A DNA stretch of 64,000 nt, taken from Octopus vulgaris. Lineage: Eukaryota. Position numbers and translations under genes: made by a program. Positions 1-12,650 of this stretch are shown here, piece after piece (within the stretch, counting starts at the first letter, position 1; the number at the start of each line of letters is the position of its first letter). Where the stretch lies: positions 9,424,001 to 9,488,000 of the forward strand of contig OX597834.1 of the NCBI GenBank assembly GCA_951406725.2. Direction: 5' to 3'. The notes below the pieces were generated by a model, which saw only the letters and a list, made by a program, of their open reading frames with translations, had not been told where the DNA came from and did no database searches.

Positions 1-246
1 CTACTACTACTACTTTTACTTTTACTACTGCTGCTACTACAGCTATTACTACTACTATTACTACTATTACTACTTTTACTACTACTATTACTACTACTAC
101 TTTTACTACTACTATTATTATTACTACTACTGCTACTACTACTAGCGGTGTTTACGAGAGTAGAGGGAAAGCGAATGACTGACTACTATTACAACTACTA
201 CTTTTACTAATACTACTACTACTTTTACTACTACTACTACTACTTT

Positions 247-278
<32 letters not shown>

Positions 279-335
279 TTACTACTACTCCTACTAGCGG
301 TGTTTACGAGAGTAGAGAGAAAGCGAATGACTGAC
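1..335. repeat. (CTA/TAC)n microsatellite containing two copies of a ~43-bp unique segment
   Basis: ctactactac arrays; ACTAGCGGTGTTTACGAGAGTAGAG(G/A)GAAAGCGAATGACTGAC at 141-183 and 293-335, 152 bp apart. Confidence 0.9.
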
Positions 336-498
336 AACGTAGTTTTTCTGCTGCACACACATTTGCAGTGTTGTTGTTTATCTGCTACCAATACACAAAA
401 CAAAACAAAAACGCAACGAAAGAGACCTCTTAGGACGAAACTGCAAACTAATCCATTGTTGTTGTACATGCACTTACATACACATCTTTCTTTCTAAT

Positions 499-546
<48 letters not shown>

Positions 547-631
547 CAAATTCCAGAATACGTTATGTGTAATAAAAATAAGTCAAAGAGGGGAACGTGT
601 GTTGATCTCTTAGTAAATTACACACACGCTT

Positions 632-666
<35 letters not shown>

Positions 667-906
667 GATATAACTATGTATGTAGGCATGTCTGTTAGTG
701 TGTGTGTGTGTGTGTGGGTGTTTGGATAGGGATGCGTTATAAGAATTCTGTGATCTTATAGAAAACTAATACTTATTTTATTTAAAACATATATGATTGT
801 GATATTCAGATAGAGACAATAATGCAATGAATGTGACAATATTTTCAATAATATAATTATAATAGCCGGAATTCTTGCCCAAACCATACATATACACACA
901 CAAATA

Positions 907-950
<44 letters not shown>

Positions 951-1790
951 TGTGTAATGTATGTGTGTGTGTGTGTGTGTAATGTATGTGTGTGTGTGTG
1001 TGTGTAATGTATATGTGTGTGTGTGTGTGTAATGTATATGTGTATATATATGTATGCATGAGTATATATGCATGTATATATATATATAAACATATATATA
1101 TATACATGTATGTATATATATATGTATAATATATATATATATGTATTTATATATATATATATTTATTTATGTATTTATGTGCATGTATATAGTTACAAAG
1201 TACGCTCATACATACATTCACATAGATACATATACACACATACACACACATGTAAAGAAATGGAATTACATAAGTTTCATAATATTTCACTAATAATCGT
1301 ACTGGTCTGCATGCGGACACACAAACACATAGAGGGGAACTACACAGATATAGTTTTTGTGTGTAAGTAGGCGTAACATCTAATCACTTACAATAGTAAA
1401 AGTTTAAATCTATATCTACTGCTTGTATTCCACTACTTGGGTATCTATCTGGTTAATCGTATATCGACATCGAAATACGGCTATAGATTTACGATGTATC
1501 CTCACATGGATTTGATCATAGAGAGGCAAGCATTTGTATGTCTGTCAATTTACTGAAAACTTATACATTTTTAATAAAAGAGTGATAAAATATGCGATTG
1601 GTGCGTGTCGGTTAAGCATAGCTTTAGCCTCGATGCATATAAGTAGCTGATCTATTACAAGTTTAAGTGACATATCTATAAATATATACATGGACTCTTA
1701 ATTAATCTTATTGCCTTCCCAAGGTATTTACGACAAATAATAATAATAATAATGATAATAATGATAATAATAATGATAATAATAATAATA

Positions 1791-2004
1791 ATCCTTTCTA
1801 CTGGGGGCACAAGGACTCAGATATGTGGGGTGTGGACTAGTCGATTATATCGACCCCAGTACTTGACTGGTACTTAATTTATCGACCCCCGAAAGAATGA
1901 AAGGCAAAGTCTACCTCGACGAAATTTTAACTCAGAATTTAAAAACGGATGAAATGCCGCTAAGCACTTTGACCGGCATGCTTCGTTTCAGCCTAGTCGC
2001 CGCC
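1791..2004 (-). mobile_element. tRNA-derived SINE, family B, (ATT)n-tailed variant
   Basis: Reverse complement matches the family-B copies at 22095 and 43180 (CTTTGCCTTTCAT.CTTTCGGGG.TCGATAAATTAAGTACCAG); flanked by (AAT)n runs. Confidence 0.85.
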
Positions 2005-3039
2005 AACAATAATAATAATAATAATGATGATAATAATCTGGTTAGATGGTATAAACAATATTTACAAAAAATGTCTGATAAATTGTAAATATTCATATAT
2101 ATATATATATAAACACGTTTCTAAATTATTTGTGATAGTCATCAGTAAAGCTAATAATAATAATAATAATATTAACAGTATATTATTAATAGTAATTAAT
2201 AAGATTGAACATTCGTTAGTATTTGGTAATTACTTTAATTATTTTTTTAGGAATATACAAGCATTATTTTTTGTAAAATATTTTGGGATATAATAGAGAA
2301 CAGAGGCAAAAGACCAAAAATTTTAAGTAGCGCAACAGGTAAAATAATACAGCAACAAGTGTAAATCCTTGCCAAAGTCACTCACTCATTCCTTTAAGCA
2401 ACTCATTCACTCATTCTTTTTCTCCGTCCTCTCAGCGGTCTTTCGCTCTTGTCGACTATAACGTGCTCACTGACGCACGCTTACACACAAACATACACGG
2501 ACCGTAGACGTACACTCACTGCATCAACTAATTTTATACGAACTTCTTAGCTGCCCCTTATTCTCTCTCACTCTCTTTCTCACGATCATTTTTCTCCTTC
2601 TCTCTCACTCATTCACTCACTCACTCACACAATCTCTCTCTCTCTCTCTCTCTCTTTTTATCTCTCTCTTTTTCTCTCTCTCTCTGTCTCTCGTTTAATA
2701 AACTCCTCTCTTTCGCCCGCTGCACGCAACCGAAGTCTCCACCTTCTTCACTGCTTCGACTCTTAGATATTTTTTTTTTCTTTTTTCTTCTTTTTTTTTT
2801 TCAAACTTCAAATAGCAGCAGCAGCAGCAGCAACAACAGCAGTATCATCACTGCAACAATAACAACAACAACAATTACCACCACCACAACAACAACAACA
2901 ATACGGACAAAATTTATAATAGCAGCATTATTATAAAATTCGCTAGCGAAACCACTTTTCGAAAGAAACCAGAAAAAAAAAAATCCAAATTTAAACAACA
3001 TAAGTAAAACAAACCAAAAAAAGCAACACCGCAATTCTG

Positions 3040-3095
3040 CTACTACTACTACTACTACCACTACTACTATTACTACTACTACCACTACTACTATA

Positions 3096-3133
<38 letters not shown>

Positions 3134-3178
3134 AAGAGCCTGTTTTGGTGTTTATTATATTTATTATTGTCATTATCA

Positions 3179-3213
<35 letters not shown>

Positions 3214-4005
3214 GTTATTACTATTGTTGTTATTACTATTATCACTACTATTGTTATTGTTGTTATTAATCTTTGCAAAGAGGTCTCGAAGGCTTTTGTT
3301 TACTTTTACTTTCGCTCCTCGCTTCTGCATGAATATACATATTCTTCAACAATTTCCCACTTTTTCTACGACCCTTGCTTCCTTGCTTTCTATCTAGTTC
3401 GCTTCATCTTCCCCGCCTCTATTTTCTATCTATCTATCTATCTATCTGTCTGTCTGTCTATATATCTGACTGTTTTACTATCTATCTACCTCTCTATTTA
3501 TCTATCCCTGCCAATCACTATCTAACTATCTGTCAATCAATATCTATCTGTCTGTCTATCTATCCATCTCTATCAATATATCTATCTATTTGTCTGTCTA
3601 ACCCTGTCTATTTATTTATCTATCTATCTATCTATCTATCTGTCTATCTATCTAGCCCTATCTATCTATCCCTGTCTATCAATATATATCTGTCTATCTA
3701 TCCCTGTCTATCAAAATATCTATCTATTTGTCTGTCTATCCCTGTCTATCTATCTATCCATCCCTGTCTATCAATATATATCTATCTATCTATTTATCTA
3801 TCTATCCATCCCTGTCTATCAATATATATCTATTTATTTATTTGTCTGTCCAACCCTGTCTATCAATATCTATCTATCTACCTCTCTTTATCTATCTATC
3901 TATCTATCTACCTCTCTTTATTTGTCTATCTATCTATTTGTATGTCCATCTATCTATCTATCTATTTGTATGTCCATCTATCTATCCATCTATCTATCTC
4001 TAGCT
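3040..4005. repeat. Composite simple repeats: (CTA)n, (TTA)n and degenerate (TCTA)n
   Basis: Directly visible; these produce the poly-L/I and YLSI ORFs in the track. Confidence 0.9.
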
Positions 4006-4764
4006 ACATGTCTGTCTATCATTCTTCCTTTCTTTCTTTCTTACAGTCTTACCTTCTTCGATTCTTTTTTCTCTTTCTTTCTTTCTTTCCTTCTTGCAAT
4101 CTTTCTCCGTCCGTATTTTTTCTATTTAGTTACGGTCAACAGTGTATGTTGATATTGTTGTAGTAGTTCTCACAACAATTATCAGTGTTTTGCATTTTTT
4201 TTTTTGGTTTCGCTTCGCTTCGCTTCGTTTCTTTTCCTTCTTTTTTTCTTTTTTCTTTTTCTTTTTTGTCCACCTGTTCCTCCTCGCTGTCATTTTGATA
4301 AATTTTTCCGCATCTCAAATTGTCTCTCTTCGATCTTAATTTCGTTCCATAGATCTTTCGAAATCGCGTTTGCGATTTACTTTTATTCCTTGTATACATT
4401 GTATCTTCCCCTTCTTTCACTTTCTCTCTCTTATTTTCCGTCTGTCCGTCTGTCTGTCTGTCTGTCTGTCACTCAGACTCTCTCTCCCCTCCCTTCATAC
4501 ATATAGACATCCAGACACACACACACGCACACTCCCACTCCTTGCAAAAGTCTTGTTACATATAATTTCTCTATTCGGTTCTTGCACGCCTCGCTTTGCT
4601 TCTTCCCTCCTACCCAACAGCATCACAACAACAACAAACATAAGGAAAATTCATAAAAAAAAGTAATACAAAACAAAATACCGCACTCACACACACACAG
4701 ACTTGCACACACACACACACACATACATACATATAGGCGCATACATGTTCATAAACACACACAG

Positions 4765-5460
4765 CTAACGCATACATATTTTCACAACTCCACCTACCCC
4801 TGTTCTATATTCCAGCCTACCGACGACAATCAAACCCAACATCACAGTCGCCGCAGCCGCCGCCATCTTTACCACTACCACCACCACCACTACCGTCGTA
4901 GTAGCACCAGCAGCCACTGCCGCCTCCGTCAACGTCTCAACTACCAATTCCACCAACACTACCACCTCCACTACCACAGCCAATACGCCGTTGTCGTCTC
5001 TGTCACTACAGCTCGAAAAACGCGAAATTCTTCTTCACCTCACTCTTTCAATTCCACCGAGACGAGGGGGGAAAAACTCCACCACCGACACCTCACCACT
5101 ACCACCAACAACTACAACAACACCACTACCGCCACCAACACCACTACCACCAACGCCATCGTCGCCAAACTACACCAACGAACAAACAGCCATCCATCCA
5201 TCCATCCAAGCATCCATTCAGGCAGCCAACCAACAAAACTACCAACCAACCAACTGCCCGCCCGACTTTCCCTACCACCCGCCCATCACACTTTCAGAGC
5301 CGCCTGTTGACATAAACGCCCAACCTCGCCTCCTCCCCACGCACCGACTCAAACTCCACCGCTTCACCCCGCTCGCCTGGCCGCCACTTAACGAAAACAG
5401 AATATTTTTCAGTTTAACTTCCAAGTTTCTGCTAGTCCCCTCCTAGCAAAGCGTACGGTG
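4765..5460. promoter_or_regulatory. CpG-rich, C-skewed island upstream of the coding exon; possible promoter or 5' UTR
   Basis: Dense CG dinucleotides and (CCA/CCG)n in an AT-rich window, about 2.8 kb upstream of the ATG at 8261; no SINE recognised between ~2.0 and 9.2 kb. Function is inferred. Confidence 0.35.
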
Positions 5461-8260
5461 GAGGAAAAACTTTAATAATAAGCAGCAGGAGAATCGAAAC
5501 GCATTAATCGGAATATATATACACATACACAATCATATACTAATAATATATACATACAACCACAATAACACACACATACTTACTTACTGAAGGAGAGAGA
5601 GAGAAACAGAGGGAAAGAGTAAGCAACTAATAGGAAAAGATAGAGCTTTAAGTGAAATTTGTAACATATATATATATACATACATACATATATATATATA
5701 CATATATGTCTTACATAGAAACGCACCCACCCATACAAAATTATTTGTAGTTTTTTGCTGTCGTCATCTTAGAAGTTGTTGTTGTTATTATTAACAACAA
5801 CAATATTAATAATATATTGTTATTACATATAATAATAATACAATAGCGACGGTGGTGGTGGTGGTAGTGGTGATGATGTTGGAGACATTTTATAGTCATT
5901 AACGGGAATATTTAATATTTATTTTCATTTGTTATTACTATTGATATTATTGTTATTATTATTGTTAATATTATTAGTATTATTATTAGTATTATTATTA
6001 TCGGTTTCTTGTGACACAATTTGTAAAAACAAAACAAATATTAAAAAAAAATAATAATAATAATAACGAAACAAGGCAAGCCAAGACAAAAAATTCTGTT
6101 CTGATCGTTTCACGGTATATGGTTGGGTAGAAGGTACGTGTATCTAGGAAGAAAGGTAAATAACAAAAACACGAAGTACCTCTCTCGCTATCACTCCTAG
6201 CCCTGCATCCAATACCACACACATATTCCACTAGACGTATTAAGTCTCTCTCTCTCTCCGTCTCTTTCTCCCTCTATCTGTCTGTCTATCAATCTGTCTA
6301 TCTGTGTATGTATCACAGACTTGCAACGCTCATATATACATAACGCTAACGGGCCTCTCCTTCTTAAATCTTTCTCTCTCTCTTTCTCTCCCCCCCCCAA
6401 CTCTGTCTCTCTATGTGTCTGTCAGTGTCTCTCTGACAAACACAAAACATTATGTATATATATACATATATATAAACATTATATATATGTATATATATAT
6501 ATAATTATTAACAGTCGGAGACAAAACAATGCATTTTAAGGAGTACCTAATTATCAACAAGGAGTTAATTATTAACCAGTAACACCAACAGCATCGGCAC
6601 CATAGTTCTATAACTTGGCCCGCCGTTTCTCTTTGATATATTCATCACATACACCTATAACTATATATATATCTATCTATATACATATATATAGTTTATT
6701 ATACAGGAACGCATACGTACATGCATTAAGGAAGTAAGACAACTATATACATAAACAAAATTCGTTTGAATTCACGTATGTATACACGCATTCGGATTAA
6801 TTTTTAAGCATTCATTTACGCATACAAATTTCTTCTCAAGCAAGAAAAGAAGGATTACACAAACATAAACAAACAACACACAAATAAACAAACACATCAA
6901 TAAACAATAATATTAAAAACATAATAACAATAATTATATTTACTACCGTTATTGTTATTACTACTACAATTACCAATTACACTTATACATTTTTCCCCTT
7001 CAATTTTAATTTCGAATGCCCAGAGAATCTCTTAGATTTTTTTTTTTAAATTTCAATATTGAAAGAGTGAACGAAGACGCCACCAACAGAATTACGTGAG
7101 AGCAAAAAGACATCATATTTTACCAGTTGTCCCTTCTATTTCTTCCCCCTCTCACCGTTTATATATACCCACATATATATACATATATATATATGTAAAA
7201 TTAAAACAAAAGGCTGCAGGAACACCAAAGTGAAAAAAAAAAGCAAAGGTGAAGAAAAGGATTTTACGTACAACATAGAAGAAGAAAAAAGAACCCTTAA
7301 CCGAAGGCTATTTGTTATATTACATCTCATGTTTTTACCAAAATTTTTGTTACAGTCGGAGGATTAAAACGATAACAAAAAAAAAAAGTCTATCATGTTC
7401 GCCGTTTGAGGAATTCTATCGTAATATTATTTGCATTCCTTAACTTTCCATAATGTTATATTTCTGGTCACAGATTTATTTCTAGCACCGATTGCAAAGA
7501 ATATCTTCCTTTAAATCATATAGGAACTTTGTCATAAACAAATTCTTCCAAATATATATATATATATAAAACGTAAAAATATTATATATATATACGTGTA
7601 TTTATATATATAAATCTGTATAACTATATATATATATATTTCCCCCCCACAGGTACATATTGTGTTTTTTTAAATGCCGCTTTTATATATAAATTAAAAA
7701 AAAAAAAAGGAAAAATATGTGAAACCACTTGATGGGGGAATACGGAAGATTTTGAGTGCTTAATTAAACGGAAAAAAAAAAGATAATTATCTAAATTTAA
7801 TTGAAAAGAAAAAAAAATATTTTTCTCTTTTTTTATACCGAAGTACAAAAACCGACGTAATTGTTACGTTATATAATGATGTATAATGTATATATATATA
7901 CACACACACAAACATACAACACACATGTAATTTGAATACACACACACACACGCACCCAGTATCGCATACACAAAACTTCAACACGCGTGTCGCCAGCGTA
8001 TTTCATTCGCATCAAAGTAAAATTTAATTTTAAATAATCATTTCGCAGATATATTTATATACACACGTCTAAAATACTGCTATATATCTGTATGTATATA
8101 TATTATATTTATTAAATATATATAGACAGATATAGTAGCTGCTTCAGCTAAGTTTTTTTTCTTCACACACATATATATATTCATACATATATATTAACCA
8201 AAGAAAAGAAAAAAAACCAAAAGCTGAGAGCAAATTTTAAGCCGGGAGTACGATTTCAAT

Positions 8261-8369
8261 ATGGATTTGGTAAAAGGATTTCAAGCGGTGAAGAAAATGT
8301 GGTTCTGTATACTGCTGTTGGTGGCAACATCGCAAAGCACCAAGGCATTGCCCGCGACCATTCGAGTCG
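8261..8369 (+). CDS. First coding exon (signal peptide plus start of the amino-terminal domain) of a probable kainate-type ionotropic glutamate receptor; partial gene
   Basis: ATG in good context (tcaatATGG); translation MDLVKGFQAVKKMWFCILLLVATSQSTKALPATIRV+G gives a basic n-region, hydrophobic h-region and T-K-A cleavage site, then LPATIRVG, resembling the LPxVIRIG start of invertebrate kainate receptors; consensus donor G|GTAAGT at 8369/8370, phase 1. Confidence 0.65.
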
Positions 8370-9204
8370 GTAAGTACAGAATTTTTCTTTGATATTTTAT
8401 TCATATATATTTTGAATTTTCTTTCTAGTAAATGTTTTTGTGTCGTATTCTTCATCGTATTATGATCGAAATATTTCCCCTGCTGTTTTTGACAATATCC
8501 TATTCATTCCTGTATAGACCGCTCAACAAACGTATCTTGTGTGTGTGAGCGTGTGTATGTGTGTGTTTTCTATGTGTGTGCGCCTGTCTGTGTCTGTTCA
8601 TGTGTGTGTATATATATATATATATATGTATGAATGTATTTGTATGTGTGTATAATCAATGATACTTCTTGTCATCTATCTTTACGTATAGCTTTCTTAA
8701 GAATCGGTTTATCTAACTTTCTATCTTTTCTTCTCTATCCGTGTGTCTATCGCTTTATCTGTCTGTAGGCCTTTCTATGGCACCCTCTCTCTTTACCACT
8801 TTCGCATTCTCTATCTGCTTCTCTATCACATTAAATCCATTCTATCATTTTATCTATCTATCTACCTATTCATCTATCTATCTCTGTCAGCTTGTCCGCA
8901 AGTGTTCGGCTGTCTGTCAGTTTAACAATCTTTCTACTTAACTATACGCTTGTTTCTGCTGTGTCTGTCTAAGTACCCATCAATCTACCCCTAACGCTGT
9001 CTTTACATCGCTACACCTATCTATGTAAGAAACATATGTACTACTAGGTTAGGCTTGCCTCTATCTGTCAGTCTGTCCTTCAATACATGCCTCTATCTAT
9101 CTGTCTGTCTGTCTTGCCCTCAGTATGTGTGCACGCATGTGAGTGTGTGTGGGTGCGTAAGTGATTAAGAGTGTGGGACATTTTACCATATATATATATA
9201 TGGT

Positions 9205-9412
9205 AAACGTAGAGTAGATGAAACCATGGTGACTGAAGAAGGGGTTTTTTCCTTGTGTTATTTGTCCTGTACTCTATTTTTTTTTTTTTTTAGAAAAATG
9301 TCCAGTTCCTTGGGTTTGTGTCTGTGTTTTCGTTTCTCATTGTGTTCGACGTTTTTTGGTGTCCTGTACTCCTATATGCGTGTATATATACATGTAGAGG
9401 TAGGTACGTACA

Positions 9413-9458
<46 letters not shown>

Positions 9459-9467
9459 TATGTCTTA

Positions 9468-9512
<45 letters not shown>

Positions 9513-9530
9513 TATGTCTTATTTAATATA
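9205..9530 (+). mobile_element. 5'-truncated copy of a (TA)n-terminating dispersed repeat (family P1, probable retroelement 3' end)
   Basis: Highly similar to 59188-59435 (GACTGAAGAAGGGG...GTCCTGTACTCTATTTT...CATTGTGTTCGACGTTTTT...CATGTAGAGGTAGGTACGTACATAT); terminal TATGCATATGTCTTATTTAAT occurs twice between TA runs. Confidence 0.75.
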
Positions 9531-10470
9531 TATATATATATATATATATAAATATATATATATGTATAACACGTCTGCTTCTGATGTCTATATACTTTTG
9601 ATGGTATATCTATCAACGTAAATCGCACGCGAGTGCGTACGCTGCGCGCGTGTATGTGTGTGTGTATGTGACGAAGGTTTCGTCTAGTACACACACGCAC
9701 ACACATCTGTTTACCTACCTGTCAAATTGTTTACATATGAATAAGCTGTGTGTGTGTCTGCCCGTGTAATGTTGAATTCACTTACGAAAAGCAGGCGACA
9801 CGTTCGCATACTCATTGAGCGAACACACACACACACACACACACCTCTCTCGCACTCGTATACGCAAACACACAAATACATACATACATACACACACAAA
9901 TATACATACATAAATTCACAAATCGCAATCTACACAGGATACACAGCGATGCACCAAATACATATATAAATATGAAAGGCCGGAATATCGCGCGTGCGTG
10001 CACGCACATACACATACACACACACATACACACACACGCACATACACACACATACACACACATACACAAAACACTCACACACACAAAACACTCACACACA
10101 CGTACGTACACAAACAAACGCACAAAGACACATGTTGCTCACAGTTAAGTATATTCACACACACACACACTCAGAATAGAATAAACCTAAATATAAAGCT
10201 CATATATGAATGCTAACTGACACACGCACACACACACTCGCACACACTCGCTCGGTAGCTCGCTCACTCACTCACACACACACAAGCAACCCCCTATCGG
10301 GAGCGTACAAACACACATACACATATATACACATATACTCGCGTAAGCAGATGTATGCAAAAATCTATATACACCCACTCTACGATGTGTTGTGGAATAA
10401 AATACAGATACCATATAAAAATAAACATACCAAACTTTCCGATATGTGCGACTACATACTCGTGTCTACG

Positions 10471-10696
10471 TATGTATGTATGTATGTATGTATGTATGTA
10501 TGTATGTATGTATGTATGTGTGTATGTGTATGTATGTATGTATGTATGTATGTATGTATGTATGTATGTATGTATGTATGTATGTATGTATGTATGTATG
10601 TATGTATGTATGTATGTATGTATGTATGTATGTATGTATGTATGTATGTATGTATGTATGTATGTATGTATGTATGTATGTATGTATGTATGTATG
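10471..10696. repeat. Long near-perfect (TATG)n microsatellite
   Basis: About 225 bp of tatg units; source of the MYVC/HTYI ORFs. Confidence 0.95.
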
Positions 10697-12263
10697 TGGG
10701 TATGCAGGCCTGTGATACAAGAGCTCACAAAAACACACACACACACACAACTGTATCAGAAAATCAAAAATATCTACATCTATATTTCAATATCCGCATT
10801 CTTATACACGTCTTAGACGCATGTCCCATTTCATTCCATTCTTGACTATGCAAACGACCTATGTATTGGCCACCTATATATATATATATATATGAGTGTG
10901 TGTGTGTCTGTCTGTATGCATTGCATGTTGTTTGGGTGTTTACGTGTTTATTTAAATAAAGCTAATGAGAGGTATTTATTAATGAGTGCACTCTGTATGA
11001 GTTTATGAGCTATCTATCCTTTCTCAATAATGTATTTCATTTGCAATTCTTAGCCCAAAACTGTCAACCTAGATTAGCTTACCAACTGTTTTAAACAGTG
11101 ATATATTATACACACACACTCACTCACGCACGAACACGGAAACATACACACACGCACACACACATATGCATGAATGTTGAGTTGTGTGTGCGTGTGCGTG
11201 TTTGTGTGATTGTGTGTGTGCTTTAAAGAGTTGTGTGTGTGTGTGTGTGCTTTAAAACTTCCAATAGTCAGAATCGTTATATTTTCTATTCATTCGAGTA
11301 TATGTCTTTTAAGCTGTTCATGCATTTTACTACCGCGTTTCGTCTCTCACAACACCTACTAATACTGCTACTACATTCTGTACGGAATGAAGTATTACCT
11401 GGTGTATTTTCTTTGAACTAAACTCCATTTTTCTTTTGTTTTTTTTTTTGTTGTGGTGTATTCTTTTACCATGTAGCGTATTACTTTTAATGTAATCAAA
11501 CATATTGCTCCTATTAATATCGTCGATTCCCATACAATTTAAGTAAATTTGTGTAATCAAGTACAACCTTAAGAACACCTTTAAATGATTTCTAGCATAA
11601 GTGCAGTTTATACCTCTTAAAACAATGCATATAGCTAATTAAATGTAGATGAACCCGGTTTTTGTCTCGTATTTAATTGTTTTAGACTGATCAAATTAAG
11701 GAGCAATGCTGATTCTAAACCGTTGGAACTGAAAACCTTAATAAGCAGCACGGAATACAATAGGTTAATTATACCCCGTTTCTACCATTCCTATTTATCT
11801 AAAGCTCTTTGAAACAAAATTCTAGAAATAATACGAAAATATACAGGCGTAAGGAAAGCAGTTAAAGTGTATAAGACAAAAATACACATTTAGACAAAAG
11901 ACAAAATAAAACAACAGAAAGACCTAAGTTTTCAAATTGGATCCAAGTCATAGATTACAATGCCCGTAATAGACTCTATAACCATAGTATGTAAAGTATT
12001 GTTCTTGACAAGAGTTTCCATAGCGATTTGAACTCAGCTCTGCGAGTTTGCTTGCTGCTTGCTACAAAGGTTGATGATTATGACGATGATGATTATCATG
12101 CTTGTTGTTTATGACAGTGGCTACGATAAAGCTCCAACGTTATCCTATATTTTATCTATTTCCCATGGATGATGGTAAAATATTTGAAAGAATCATTTTG
12201 TCGACACTGCTAGTCCTATCTGTCTCTGTCTGGTAAGGATTTACCAAAGCTTAAAAATGTTTT

Positions 12264-12650
12264 TGTGTGGTAAGTAGCTTGCTTACGAACCACATGGTTC
12301 CGGGTTCAGTCCCACTGCGTGGCATCTTGGGCAAGTGTCTTCTACTATAGCGTCGCGCCGACCAAAGCTTTGTGAGTGGATTTGGCAGACGGAAACTGAA
12401 AGAAGCCCGTCTTATATATGTATGTGTATATGTTTGTGTGTCTGTGTTTGTCCCCACCCCCCAACATCGCTTGACAACCAATGCTGGTGTGTTTACGTCC
12501 CCGTAACTTAACCTTTCGGCAAAAGAGACCGATAGAATAAGTACTACGCTTACAAAGAATAAGTCCCGGAGTCGATTTGCTCGACTAAAAAGGTGGTGCT
12601 CCAGCATGGCCACAGTCAAATGACTGAAACAAGTAAAAGAGTAAAAAAGT
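12264..12650 (+). mobile_element. tRNA-derived SINE, family A (bipartite, internal microsatellite)
   Basis: A-box/B-box-like head (TGTGTGGTAAG...GGTTCAGTCCC), CORE-like CTTGGGCAAGTGTCTT, internal TA/TG run, tail GACTGAAACAAGTAAAAGAG; matches 19953, 44845 and 61348 copies. Confidence 0.9.

Noticed and set aside
4991-5446. 151-aa Pro/Thr-rich ORF (and 4765-4983 on the minus strand)
   Set aside because: Low-complexity product of (CCA)n-rich sequence, non-ATG start for the longer ORF, no recognisable domain or splice support
8237-8455. 72-aa minus-strand ORF
   Set aside because: Antisense shadow of the much better supported + strand signal-peptide exon
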